Positions 49,428-59,692 of a stretch of 64,000 nt of DNA are shown here, piece after piece (the first letter of the stretch is position 1; every line of letters begins with the position of its first letter). Both the position numbers and the translations under genes were made by a program. This stretch comes from Longimicrobiales bacterium (GTDB taxonomy: Bacteria; Gemmatimonadota; Gemmatimonadetes; Longimicrobiales; Gaopeijiaceae), in NCBI GenBank assembly GCA_965202985.1, contig CBDBCF010000001.1, positions 1,184,001 to 1,248,000 of the forward strand, in the 5' to 3' direction. The notes under the pieces were generated by a model. It ran no database searches and was not told the DNA's origin. It worked only from the letters and a program-made list of their open reading frames with translations.

Positions 49428-51703
49428 TCCGACACGACCCGGCCCACGAACGCGCGCACCCGGTCGTGGCTCTTCAGCACCATCACCGTGGTGCGAGCCT
49501 CGCGCGCAATGCGCTCCGGCAGCGTCCCGAACAGGACCCGCGTCGAGAAGCTTTCGCTGGACGCCCCGACCATGACGGCGTCGAAGTTCCCAGACGCCCC
49601 CAGCACCGCTTCGGCCACCCCGGGGCCTTCCAGGATCCGCGTGTCCACTGGGGCGTCCGGGCCGGAGACCGGCGTCTCGGCTGCGTGCGCGTCTGTGTCG
49701 GACAACGCGTCCTCGCCAGCCGCCGCCTGCTCCTCCGCCAGCGCCCTCCTCTCTTCCGCCAGGCGCTCCGCCTCGCTGGTCCGCCGGGACTCGGGCGCGT
49801 CCGGGGGCACGACCGAGGCCAAGGTCAGCCGACCGCCCTCGCCCGCAGTCGCCAGGTCCAGAGCGTAGCGCTGCGCCTGTTGGGCATGGACGCCGCCCGC
49901 GGTCGGCAGCAGGACTCGATGGGGCACCGCAGGCTCGGCACCGAACTTGACCAGCAGAATGTCGGCGCGCCCTAGCCGCACCACGTCGTCGGTGACTTCG
50001 CCCAGGATGCGCCGGGTGGTGGTCGTGTAGCCCTTCCAGCCAAGGAGGATCATGTCCGCGCGCCGCTCCCGGGCGGACTCCAGGACGGCCCGGGCCACAT
50101 TGTGCCCCACGCGCACCTCCGACGACACGGGAACGCCCACCGACGCCTCCAGGCTCTGGATGCGCTCCAGGACATGGCGCTCCTCCTCGATGGCGGCTCT
50201 AGCCAGCGAAGGCGGGAGCTGCTCGGGCACCTGCACCACGCGCAGCACCGCGATCTCGCCGCCTCGGGGCTTGGCCACGGCGGCCGCCATGCGCAGCAGC
50301 GGCTCGGCGGTGCGGGGGTTGTGAACCGGCAGCAGAACCCGAAACCGGGCCGTGCCGGGCGATGCGCGAAGCGCCACGACCTTGGAGTCGGGGCCGGCGG
50401 GCTCGGGCACGTCGAACCGGGTTCCCCGCCAAGCGGCGAAGGCGAAGAAACCCGTCGCGATCGCCGCCGCCACCAGCAGCACGGGCCGGATGTGGCCGCC
50501 CGCGGGGATCTGAAGGATCAGGTAGACGTTGGCGACGATGCCCAGGGCAGGCAGCAGCGGAACCAGCGGGACCCGGAACGGGCGCTCCACGTCGGGGAAG
50601 CGGCGCCGATGCACCACGAGGGCCGCGTTCACCAGCGACAGCGCCAGGAGCAGGACCAAGTTCGCGAAATGCGCAAGCGACTCCAGCGGAAGCACCAGGG
50701 CGAACGCCCCTATTGCGCCGCCCACCGCCGCCAGCGCCGCCACCGGCGTCCGCGTGCGGTTGCTGACCATCCCGACGATGCCCGGAAGGTGTCCCAGCCG
50801 ACTCATGGAGAGCGCGACTCGGGAGCCCGCCAGGATCGAGGCGTTCGAGGCCGATATCATCGAGAACAGGGCGCCGCCCACGATCACCATGCCGCCCACG
50901 GGTCCCAGGAACCGTCGCGCCGCCACGCCCATGGCCGCTTCCGTGTACTCGGTCAGGTCGGCCACGACGACGACCAGCACGACCAGCGCGTAGAGCACCG
51001 TCACCACGAGCATCGAGATGAAGATCGCCCGGGGGATCGTCTTGGTCGGCTCCATGACTTCGCCCGCCGAAGCCGCGATCGCCGAGAAGCCGAAGAAGGT
51101 GATGAAGACCAGCGCGGCCGTGGAGGCGATCAGGGGCACGTCCCGGCTGAACCGCTCCTGCAAGACGCCCGCGTCCACGTTGCCCAGCCCGCCGACCACG
51201 AACCAGACGAGCAGAACGATCTTGGCCGCCGTGACGACGATCTGGAAGGTTCCGCTCTCCTTGGTGCCCTTGACGTTGAGAAGGGTCAGGGCCGCCAGGA
51301 ACAGCAGTCCGGGCAGGGCGGGAATGGGCGAGTGCCAGAGGAACTCGTTGAAGTAGGTGGAGAGGCTGGCGATGTAGAAGGCGCAAGAGGACGCGTACCC
51401 CAGCAGCAGGCACCAGCCCACCAGATAGGCCAGGAGCGGCGGAAAGGTCTTGCGCGCGTAGAGGTAGCCTTCGCCCGAGCGGGGATATATCGACGCGAAC
51501 TCGCAGTAGGTGAGCGCCGTAAACGCCGCCACCAGCGCCGCAAGCAGGAACGACGCGATGGCGGCGCTGCCCACGTAGCCCACCGCCAGCCCCGACAGCG
51601 TGAAGATGCCGGCGGCGATCATGGTGCCCGTCCCGATGGCAAGGGCCGAGACGAGCCCCAGGTCGCGGCTCAGGCCTTCATGGACGGCCTTGGGTTCGGA
51701 CAA
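49424..51703 (-). CDS. APC amino-acid permease fused to two universal-stress-protein domains
   Basis: GTMIAAGIF, FITFFGFSAIA, RPFRVP; VLLPVHNP and VLLPTAGG USP starts. Confidence 0.92.
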   Translation of the reverse strand: MSEPKAVHEGLSRDLGLVSALAIGTGTMIAAGIFTLSGLAVGYVGSAAIASFLLAALVAAFTALTYCEFASIYPRSGEGYLYARKTFPPLLAYLVGWCLLLGYASSCAFYIASLSTYFNEFLWHSPIPALPGLLFLAALTLLNVKGTKESGTFQIVVTAAKIVLLVWFVVGGLGNVDAGVLQERFSRDVPLIASTAALVFITFFGFSAIAASAGEVMEPTKTIPRAIFISMLVVTVLYALVVLVVVVADLTEYTEAAMGVAARRFLGPVGGMVIVGGALFSMISASNASILAGSRVALSMSRLGHLPGIVGMVSNRTRTPVAALAAVGGAIGAFALVLPLESLAHFANLVLLLALSLVNAALVVHRRRFPDVERPFRVPLVPLLPALGIVANVYLILQIPAGGHIRPVLLVAAAIATGFFAFAAWRGTRFDVPEPAGPDSKVVALRASPGTARFRVLLPVHNPRTAEPLLRMAAAVAKPRGGEIAVLRVVQVPEQLPPSLARAAIEEERHVLERIQSLEASVGVPVSSEVRVGHNVARAVLESARERRADMILLGWKGYTTTTRRILGEVTDDVVRLGRADILLVKFGAEPAVPHRVLLPTAGGVHAQQAQRYALDLATAGEGGRLTLASVVPPDAPESRRTSEAERLAEERRALAEEQAAAGEDALSDTDAHAAETPVSGPDAPVDTRILEGPGVAEAVLGASGNFDAVMVGASSESFSTRVLFGTLPERIAREARTTVMVLKSHDRVRAFVGRVVSE

Positions 51704-51718
51704 GGCGTCTCCCGCGCG

Positions 51719-52270
51719 TCAGCCGACGGCGTCGTCCGCGTCCGCGGGCGGAAGAAGGGCGCGCACGTCCTCTTGCACGTCGGCGGCCATGGGGCGGAAC
51801 GGGCCGGTCCACTTGCGCGCGATTCTGCCCTCGGCGTCGACCAGGAAGCTGCCGGGCAGACCGGGCAGGAAGTAGGCGTCCATGATCTGCCAGGACGTGT
51901 CGTGATAGAGCGGGAAGGTGATGCCCAGGTCGTCCGCGAAGGCGCGTATCTGGTCGCGGGCCGACCGGTCGTCCACGCTGACGCCCACCACGCGGAAGCC
52001 CCGGTCCGCGTAGGCGTCGTGCAGCTCCTGGAGTTCGGGCATCTCGTGCCGGCAGGGGGCGCACCACGTGGCCCAGATGTTGAGCATGTACGGCGCGCCG
52101 AGCAGGTCGTCGCGGCCCACCGAGTCGCCGGCCAGCGTGACGGCGGCGAAGTCGGGCGCGGGGTCGCCAGCCACGGGCGCTCTCGTCTCTCCGCCGGCGC
52201 ACGCCGCCGTCCACGCGGCCGCCAGCCACGCGACGGCCAGCCCCCGGAGCCGCGCAAGGTTACTCTTCAT
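51719..52270 (-). CDS. TlpA-family thiol-disulfide oxidoreductase lipoprotein
   Basis: LNIWATWCAPCRHEMP; lipobox AAC. Confidence 0.93.
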   Translation of the reverse strand: MKSNLARLRGLAVAWLAAAWTAACAGGETRAPVAGDPAPDFAAVTLAGDSVGRDDLLGAPYMLNIWATWCAPCRHEMPELQELHDAYADRGFRVVGVSVDDRSARDQIRAFADDLGITFPLYHDTSWQIMDAYFLPGLPGSFLVDAEGRIARKWTGPFRPMAADVQEDVRALLPPADADDAVG

Positions 52271-52367
52271 AAGGCCAAAGCTACCGCTGCCGGGTCCCAC
52301 CGCAACCCTTCGCGGCGCGCCGCCGTAGTGTCCCGGACGAATCAACGGGCGAACCAGGACGAACACG

Positions 52368-53159
52368 ATGAGAGCCACCGACGCCTCGACTGTTGGAGCC
52401 GCCGACCCCTTCGACGAGGAAGGCTTCGACCGGGACGGCGACTCGCTCGGCGGCGACTCCGGCGCCGGCGACTCCCGCGGCGGACGCTCGGGCGGCGCGT
52501 GGAGGAAGCTGGCGTTCCTGGGCGGATTCGCGGCCTACTTTGGGGCCGTGTGGTTCCTGTGGGACACGCCGGTCATCTACCCCGTCAAGCTGTTCGTGGT
52601 CATGCTGCACGAGATCAGCCACGGCTTGGCGGCGCTGGCCACCGGCGGGACGATCGAGCAGATCGTTCTGGACCCGCACCAGGGCGGCGCCTGCTACTGC
52701 CCCGGCGGCAACGCGTTCCTGACGCTGTCCGCGGGCTACCTGGGAAGCCTTCTGTGGGGCTTGGTGCTGCTGTCGGCGGCCTCGGCGCCTCGCATTCCCA
52801 ACCGCGCCCTCCTGTTCGTGGTGGGGGCGGCGGTGCTCGCGCTCTCGGTGCGCTACGTCGGGAACGGATTCGGCCTTCTGTTCGGCATCGGCTTCGGCGC
52901 GGCGATGATGTTCGCCGGCTGGAAGCTGTCGGCCGGTCCCAGCCGCGTGCTGCTCACCGCCCTAGGGCTGACCAGCTGCCTGTACGCCATCCTGGACATC
53001 AAGAGCGACGTGCTCGACCGACCCCACCTACGGTCCGACGCCGCCATGCTGGCCGAGATGACGCCCGGCATCACCACGACGACCTGGGGCGTGGTGTGGA
53101 TATCCATCGCGCTGGCGGTGAGCGGGCTGGCATTGGTGCGGGCTTACCGGGCGGCGTAG
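52368..53159 (+). CDS. M50B-like membrane metallopeptidase
   Basis: LHEISHGLAA, SAGYLG, SDAAML. Confidence 0.9.
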   Translation: MRATDASTVGAADPFDEEGFDRDGDSLGGDSGAGDSRGGRSGGAWRKLAFLGGFAAYFGAVWFLWDTPVIYPVKLFVVMLHEISHGLAALATGGTIEQIVLDPHQGGACYCPGGNAFLTLSAGYLGSLLWGLVLLSAASAPRIPNRALLFVVGAAVLALSVRYVGNGFGLLFGIGFGAAMMFAGWKLSAGPSRVLLTALGLTSCLYAILDIKSDVLDRPHLRSDAAMLAEMTPGITTTTWGVVWISIALAVSGLALVRAYRAA

Positions 53160-53191
53160 GGGACCGGGCACTCGTCGGGCGGCGGACCGAC

Positions 53192-54304
53192 CTAATCCGC
53201 TCCGTTCAAGGTGAGGCGCCATATCTGAAGGCGAGGTGCGAGGGAGGCGCCGTCCTCTCGCGAGGCAGCCCATCCGGCGCCAACGAACAGGAAGGCCTCG
53301 TCAAAGGTGGCCGAAGCGATCACCCTGCCGGCTACCGGATCAATCACCTCGACGACCGTGTCGAACACGTTGTCCAGGTGGTTGGGAAGCGTATACTCGC
53401 CGAACTCGGGATGAGCGTCGTCCGCCGTCTTCACGAGACCGGCCGGCCAACCGTTGGACGCCACGCTGATCATTATCCACAACCGTCCCGGTTGGTCTTC
53501 GGCGACACCGATGATTCTGGGCAACGCGGGCTCCTCCGGATTCGTACGCGAGCCCTGGACGTGCTCGGGAAACCACTCCGCGTTGCGAACCAGCGATCGC
53601 AGCTTGCCGCCCGTCGCGGGATTCCACAGGTCGACTTGGTACTTGGAGTAGTGCGCGGACCACACGGTACCGTCCCGCCCGCGACCAACGTTGCGCATCA
53701 GCTTCACGTCCGAGCCGGGAGTTCCGTATCCCCCGGACAGCTCGTCAAATGATCGAACCGCATTGCCTCTTCCGTTGACAGTGTGCAATGCATAGCCTAT
53801 GCGATCTTGGGTGGGCACCACCATGTTGACGACATAGGTCGAGTCGTCGAGAACCGCGGCGTCCCAGTGGGGAATCCCCGGAAGAACGAGGGTTCTCCCC
53901 ACGTCGAGACTGCTGTCCAGCACGGTAAGCCGCCGCGCTTGGCCGTCGAACACGTACAGCTGGCCACCGTGAGGCCTGACCCACCGAACGTACCTGTATT
54001 CTCCCGGCCCCTCGCCGGCGCGACCGACGCGTTCCGCGCTGCCGCCCGTTGCGGGGTAGACCATGAAGCCGGCGCCGTCGTAAGCCGAAGCCAGCACGGT
54101 GCGGCCGTCTGCCATCCGCCGCAGGTCGGACCCTGCACCCGCATCGTCCAGCACGATGTCGCGAGTCGCCTCGATGGTGCACGCCCGGCAGGGAGAGTGA
54201 TCGAGGACGAGATTGACCTGGGCGGTTGCCGGAGAAGCGGCGCAAAGAACCAAGAGCCCGCCCAATGCTGCCGCGTTCAGGAGCTTGGGGGACATGGACG
54301 TCAT
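53192..54304 (-). CDS. Secreted 6-bladed beta-propeller protein
   Basis: ATGA overlap with the upstream gene; signal peptide; CRACTI; VGRAGEGPGEY; FDTVVEVIDP. Confidence 0.8.
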   Translation of the reverse strand: MTSMSPKLLNAAALGGLLVLCAASPATAQVNLVLDHSPCRACTIEATRDIVLDDAGAGSDLRRMADGRTVLASAYDGAGFMVYPATGGSAERVGRAGEGPGEYRYVRWVRPHGGQLYVFDGQARRLTVLDSSLDVGRTLVLPGIPHWDAAVLDDSTYVVNMVVPTQDRIGYALHTVNGRGNAVRSFDELSGGYGTPGSDVKLMRNVGRGRDGTVWSAHYSKYQVDLWNPATGGKLRSLVRNAEWFPEHVQGSRTNPEEPALPRIIGVAEDQPGRLWIMISVASNGWPAGLVKTADDAHPEFGEYTLPNHLDNVFDTVVEVIDPVAGRVIASATFDEAFLFVGAGWAASREDGASLAPRLQIWRLTLNGAD

Positions 54305-54816
54305 TGTTCCTGCGGGTCCTGGTTCTGGGCGGCCAGCGCCAAGGCCTCTGGAGACCGGAGCGGGAGGTGGACCAGGACTGCGTCGCCACACGCCTTCGCC
54401 TGTATCGCCGACCGATGCGGAAGATAGTAGAGACGACTGTTGAATGGACGGCGACGGACGAGCCGATATGCCTCCGCCTCGTCGCCGTCGGCCAGGGCCT
54501 CCAAGACCCCGGCGAGCACCACTTCGATGGCGTCCTCTTCCTGCTCTTCGGAGCGGAGGCAGCCCAGCGAGATGGGATGTCGCTCGTTGCAGGGCCCCGT
54601 GTTCACGCAGGACATGTGAGTGCCCGCCCCGACATCGTGCACGGCCGTGTCGTCTCCTGGAAAAGCCACGTTTCCGGCATCGCCGTCGCCGGCGTGGCAG
54701 AGCGAGCAGTGGACGCAGCCTTGCGCGGCCGCCGGCGCAGGGGCCGCAACGCTCGCCAGAGCCAGAGACAGCAGAACCAGGACGATTCCACGGCACGCAG
54801 GTTGCATCGAGAACAT
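54301..54816 (-). CDS. Secreted Cys/His-rich hypothetical protein
   Basis: AAGGAGG RBS; signal ...APAAA|Q; CVHCSLCH...H...THMSC...CNERH...C. Confidence 0.78.
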   Translation of the reverse strand: MFSMQPACRGIVLVLLSLALASVAAPAPAAAQGCVHCSLCHAGDGDAGNVAFPGDDTAVHDVGAGTHMSCVNTGPCNERHPISLGCLRSEEQEEDAIEVVLAGVLEALADGDEAEAYRLVRRRPFNSRLYYLPHRSAIQAKACGDAVLVHLPLRSPEALALAAQNQDPQEQ

Positions 54817-54947
54817 CTCATCCTCCTTGAGCTGTGGGCGAGTGCGAGCCCCGCCGGTGCGTCGATCGGCAGAATCGGTCTGCCCGTGCGCTTACGAGAA
54901 CGCAGTTTCCGGCGAAGATAATGGGTCAAATTCTGCCATCCTGGCGA

Positions 54948-55056
54948 CATTTCCGACCGCACCCTCCTGTTCGTAGTGGCCGAGATGACGCCCGGCATCG
55001 CCACAACGACCTGACGCTTGGTCTGGACTGTCCGTCGCGCTGGCCGCGAAGGGAGC
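54948..55056 (+). pseudogene. Degenerate, internally deleted relic of the M50 peptidase gene 3' half
   Basis: 54948-54979 matches 52793-52824 (4 mismatches in 32) and is fused to a match of ~53050-53125 (TGGCCGAGATGACGCCCGGCATC...). Confidence 0.8.
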
Positions 55057-55119
55057 GGGAATCGAAGTCGCCTCGTAAACGCATGTCGTGCTAGAGAGGA
55101 CGTCCCGCATACGCCGGCC

Positions 55120-56157
55120 ACATCGGCGGACGTGCCGGACCAGGAAGTTCGGTTCCTGATCGCGTACCTTCCGCTCGAGTTCGCGGCCAAGTCCACGGGC
55201 GAGCAAGAAGGGACAGCGAGGGACCTCTTCGAGAACCACGGGAAGCGCACCCGCGACTTCCGCAATGGCCTTGGACTCGCCGTGCCGTCGGCCAACCAAG
55301 TCGAGAGCCTTCGCCGCTCTGTCCGCTACCTGACAGCCGTCGAGCGAGTCCGGCAGAGGTGGCGGCAGCACAACCTTACAGATGCGCAGAGAGGTCAGCT
55401 CAGAGAACGAGACGCCACCGAAAGGACGGCGGTCGAATCCGCGCTGCTTAAGCTGTACGAAGAAATCCGCTTGCCGACGACGGACAGCGGTTCGCTGTCG
55501 CTGGATGCCGTCGGCATGAGAGGCCGGCCGCTCCAGACGACCCTCGACGAGAGGAAGCGCGCCCGGATCCATGATCGCTTGATGGAGCTGCTGACGATGG
55601 TGCACCGCAGGGTCTTCGAAGACGTGGCGCCGGGGAAGATCGTCGAGCTGTTCAGGTTGGGAGAAGTCGAGTCCGCCGAGCCGGGAATCCCGACCTCCCG
55701 GGTGGTTGCCGGGTTCTTCTCCTTCCTTGGTTTCCCGCGCTTGCTTTCCGGCAACGTGGTGCGCAGAGCCATTGCCCGTGGCGTCGAAAACGGCCTCTTC
55801 GGCTACTTCACGGGCCGACCGACCCTTGGCGAGGACGGCCGGTATCGAATCGACACGAGCCAGGTCGCCGTCGGTCGCGGCGTAGCTGAGGACGAAATCG
55901 ATCTCGATTCCGGGTTCCTGATCCTCCCCGCCGCGCTTCCCGCCCAGCCCGCGGAAGCTGTTGACGGAGCGGAACTGTGGTCAAAGCCCGAGCCCGGTAC
56001 CGGACTACTGGTACGCGAGACGCCGGACAGCCCCGAGCCAGGTGCTCCGACGACGCCTGCCACCCTGGATGAGCACGCTGTCGCCCTCTCGTTCAGCGCA
56101 GACCGGAGCGCCCTCTACGGCGCGTGGAACGCGCCGGCGACGTCTCGAAGGTCCTGA
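55120..56157 (+). pseudogene. 5'-truncated C-terminal part of a DUF499-like ATPase
   Basis: SADVPD...RDFRNGLGLAVPS...NLTDAQRGQL...VRRAIARGVENGLFGY resembles DUF499 C-termini; no Walker motifs and no clear start. Confidence 0.6.
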
Positions 56158-56371
56158 AGTCGCGGATCCGCGCCGGTACCTGATAGCCAGATCCCCTGGA
56201 CGCGGGCCTTTGGAGCTCCTGCGACTGCCCCCTCCGCCGACGGAAGGGAATGTGACGTACTGTCAAAGAGCTGGTCAAATAGCAGGACACGATAATATGC
56301 TCATCTTGCGTAACTTCCTATGAGTCAACATTTTGTATCGTCATGAACCGTGCCAAACAAGGAGCCACAAA

Positions 56372-57553
56372 ATGGACTGGAACTGCTTCGGCTTCCACTA
56401 CCGGATCGGCTTGCCCCCTCGGCAGTTCCAGGCGCTGCTGGTCAAGATCGACGGCTGCCGGGAGGCGTTTCGCAGCCTCGTGATGCCGCCGGAGTGGAAG
56501 GACCGCCTCGACCGGCTCAACCGCATTCGTGCGGTCAAGGGGACCACCGGGCTGGAGGGCAACCCGCTGTCCGAGGAGCAGGTGGCGGAGGTGCTGGACG
56601 ACGAGACGGGGGCGGCCGCAGGTACGATGGAGCGGCTTCAGGCTCGCAACGCTGGAATCGCGCAGGGCTGGGTGAGGCACCGGTTCGGTGGCGATGGACC
56701 GCCGCTAGCCGCCGAGGACATCCTCCACATGCACGAACTGATGACGACCGGCTCGGATGAGGCCAAGAACATGCCGGGCCGCCTGCGAACTCACGACGTG
56801 CAGGTCGGAACGCCCGCGCTAGGCGGGGTTCACCGGGGCGCACCGCACGCTCGAATCGAGCGCCTGATGAGCGAACTCGTCGCCTTCGTCAACTCGCCCC
56901 AGCTGCGCGACGAACATCCCGTCGTCCGAGCCTTCCTGGCTCACTTCTTCCTGGTGACCATCCATCCGTTCGGCGACGGAAACGGTCGAGTGTCCCGGCT
57001 CGTGGAGTCTGCCGTCCTGTACGAAGGCGGCTACAATGTCCACGGCTTCTACGGCCTGTCGAATTTCTTCTACCGCCACGGAGACGAATACAAGCGGCTC
57101 CTGCAGCTATGCCGACGCCGACGCCCCTTCGACGTGGGGCCGTTCGTCGAGTTCGGACTGGAGGGGTTCGCGAGCGAATTACGGGGCATCAGCAATTTCG
57201 TCCAAACGAAGCTCAACCGCTTGGTCTACCGTGACCTGATGACGAGAGCCCTAGCCATCCGAATCGGAAAGCGCCGCCGACTCCTCAACGGCCGAGAGTA
57301 CAGCCTGCTCCTCTTCTTGCTTGAAGAGACAGAGCCCGAGGATCCCTTCGCCGCCGCTCCTTCGCGCCAAGTGCCGCTGGCGGAACTCCTGCGGTCACCG
57401 TTCGTGCGCGAAGTGTACCGCGACGTGACTCGTCGCACCTTCATCCGGGAATTGCACCGCCTCCACGAGAACGGGTTCATCGGCTTCGCCTTCAACGCGG
57501 AGTCCGAGAACTACACGGTGGAGATCGACTTCAGCGCGATCGGCCGATACTGA
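56372..57553 (+). CDS. Fic family protein (class II) with C-terminal wHTH-like region
   Basis: AAGGAG RBS; TTGLEGN inhibitory motif; HPFGDGNGRVSR. Confidence 0.92.
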   Translation: MDWNCFGFHYRIGLPPRQFQALLVKIDGCREAFRSLVMPPEWKDRLDRLNRIRAVKGTTGLEGNPLSEEQVAEVLDDETGAAAGTMERLQARNAGIAQGWVRHRFGGDGPPLAAEDILHMHELMTTGSDEAKNMPGRLRTHDVQVGTPALGGVHRGAPHARIERLMSELVAFVNSPQLRDEHPVVRAFLAHFFLVTIHPFGDGNGRVSRLVESAVLYEGGYNVHGFYGLSNFFYRHGDEYKRLLQLCRRRRPFDVGPFVEFGLEGFASELRGISNFVQTKLNRLVYRDLMTRALAIRIGKRRRLLNGREYSLLLFLLEETEPEDPFAAAPSRQVPLAELLRSPFVREVYRDVTRRTFIRELHRLHENGFIGFAFNAESENYTVEIDFSAIGRY

Positions 57554-57769
57554 CTCTTGGAAGGCATTCGTCAGGCACTGGACCAAACAGGCGGCCAGCT
57601 CTGGGCCGATTCGGGCACGGACGCGCCACCTCTCGATTGCGCAAGGGGTCCCGTTTGCGCTAGACTTGGGTTCGCCAGTGCTCCCCAGACTGTTCCCCAG
57701 TCCATCGGCGACGGCGAAGAAGCGGCTGTGTCTAATCGAACCGACGAAGGAGGGAGGGAGTAATTTCGA

Positions 57770-59692
57770 ATGCGCGTGACCAGAATCGAGATCCGCAATT
57801 TTCGCTCAATACGCCATCTCGTTGTCGACTTGGGTGAAACTACGGTGTTCGTGGGCCCGAACAACGCTGGCAAGACCGCGATCCTCGATGCGCTGCGCAT
57901 CGCACTCACGCGGCGATGGGGACAACGCGGGACTGGGTTCACCGAATACGACGTTCATCTCGCCGGCCATGACGACGACCCGAAAGCCTCCCGCGGCATA
58001 AGCATTGAAATCCATGTGCAGGAATCGGAGCCGGAAGAATGGCCCGACGGCGTCTCGGGAGATCTCGAACAGATCGTGCAGCTCGACCTGGCCACTGGTC
58101 GTCGCTCCATCGCTCTGCGGACGCGGTGCGCTTGGAGTGAGGAGAGCGGTGCGTTCGAGCCCATCTGGGAGTTCCTCAACGCCGCCCGCGATCCGCTCAC
58201 CGGACGAGGCACCCGTCGCGTCAATCTCGAGCGATTCTGGCGCTACCTGCCGGTGTTCTACCTGGACGCACTGCGGGACGTGGGCGACGAGTTCTCGCCG
58301 CGCTCGCAGTTTTGGGGACGGCTGCTCAAAGCAATGGAGGTTCCTGCCGGCCTGGAATCGCGAGCGCTTCGTGTGCTTGATCTGCTCAACCGCCGCCTAC
58401 TGAAGGCCGACCCGCGCCTGCAGGAGATAGCTGGAACGTTGGCCGGCACCACTCGAATCGCCACGCACGACCGGGAAGGCGGATTGAAACTGCGCATGGT
58501 CCCGCTCAAGATGTGGGACCTGCTCTCCAAGGCAGAGATCATCCTGCGCAACGAACCGGATTCGCCGTGGCTGCCGCTACGACGCCAGGGTCAGGGCATT
58601 CAGAGCCTCTCGGTGATCTTTCTGTTCCAGGCATTCGTAGAGCATCTCGTGCGTGAGCTGTACGAACAGGACAGTGAGCCGGTGCTCGCCTTGGAAGAGC
58701 CGGAAACACACCTGCACCCGCAGGCGGCTCGCACTTTGTGGGCCCACGTGCGAGACCTGCCCGGCCAGAAGATCGTCACCACGCATTCGCCGTATTTTGT
58801 TCAGCATGTGCCATTCCGGGATCTGCGCCTGGTACGGCTCACGCGGAAGGGGACCCAGGTGAAGTCACTACCCGCGAGCTTCTCTGCTCCCGTTCCCCCG
58901 CTCGATGGTCTCGACAAGGTGGTGGACAAGTCGGGAGGCGGTCTGAAGTACGAGCACGCATCGGAGATACTTACAGTCACCGGAGTGCTCGAAGAACAGA
59001 CCTATCGCGCCTTGCTCCGCTGTTGCGACAAGCATGAACGGCGAGCCGAAATCGAGAGCACCTTGAGAGACCTGCGGGATCGATCCTCATTCCATATCGG
59101 CGATGACGAGCTTCAGGCGCTGGAGACGTACGCCAGGAGGATGCGTGGAGAGATCTTCTTTGCGAAACGTTGGCTCATTGTCGAGGGACAGGCGGACTAT
59201 TTGATCGTCCATGCGCTGGCGCGCGCAATGGATTACGACGTGGATTCGCGTGGCACAGCCGTGATCGACGCGAAGAACAATGGCAACCCGGCTACGTTCG
59301 CGGCTCTCGCGCGGGCGCTCGACATTCCTTGGCTGGCCGTATTCGACGGGGACAGGGCGGGAGAGAACTACGTGAGGGATATTGCCAAACGTAGGTTCCC
59401 AGACGAGGAGGTCAAGAGACGATGCCACACACACGAAGCTGGCGATCTCGAAGCGCAACTTGTGGCCAGCGGGCTTGACTCCGAGCTGCGAGAAATCCTG
59501 GCGGAGTTGGGCGTTAAGGATGCTGCCGATCTGACAAATGACGAGCTTCTGGCGCGGATGAAGCAGGACAACAAGATGAAGACCAGTTGCGCCGCTCTAC
59601 TGGCCGTCCGCTTTCAAAAAAACCCGGATTCGGCGTTGCACGCACCTCCGGCGTTCCGAAAAGCGATCAAACAACTGCCGGAGCTGACGTAA
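57770..59692 (+). CDS. OLD-family ATP-dependent nuclease (ABC ATPase + TOPRIM), GajA-like
   Basis: IRNFRSI, GPNNAGKT, QGQGIQS, LEEPETHLHP, TTHSP, IVEGQAD, FDGD. Confidence 0.92.
   Translation: MRVTRIEIRNFRSIRHLVVDLGETTVFVGPNNAGKTAILDALRIALTRRWGQRGTGFTEYDVHLAGHDDDPKASRGISIEIHVQESEPEEWPDGVSGDLEQIVQLDLATGRRSIALRTRCAWSEESGAFEPIWEFLNAARDPLTGRGTRRVNLERFWRYLPVFYLDALRDVGDEFSPRSQFWGRLLKAMEVPAGLESRALRVLDLLNRRLLKADPRLQEIAGTLAGTTRIATHDREGGLKLRMVPLKMWDLLSKAEIILRNEPDSPWLPLRRQGQGIQSLSVIFLFQAFVEHLVRELYEQDSEPVLALEEPETHLHPQAARTLWAHVRDLPGQKIVTTHSPYFVQHVPFRDLRLVRLTRKGTQVKSLPASFSAPVPPLDGLDKVVDKSGGGLKYEHASEILTVTGVLEEQTYRALLRCCDKHERRAEIESTLRDLRDRSSFHIGDDELQALETYARRMRGEIFFAKRWLIVEGQADYLIVHALARAMDYDVDSRGTAVIDAKNNGNPATFAALARALDIPWLAVFDGDRAGENYVRDIAKRRFPDEEVKRRCHTHEAGDLEAQLVASGLDSELREILAELGVKDAADLTNDELLARMKQDNKMKTSCAALLAVRFQKNPDSALHAPPAFRKAIKQLPELT

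Noticed and set aside
456..53752. Many long overlapping ORFs in the track (e.g. 456-2102 +, 4783-8010 +, 14635-17931 -, 40277-42940 +, 50102-53752 +)
   Set aside because: Shadow or antisense frames of real genes in high-GC DNA; Arg/Pro/Gly-rich with no motifs
56253..56265. TGAC-N5-GTCA palindrome upstream of the second Fic gene
   Set aside because: Too short and single-copy to distinguish from chance
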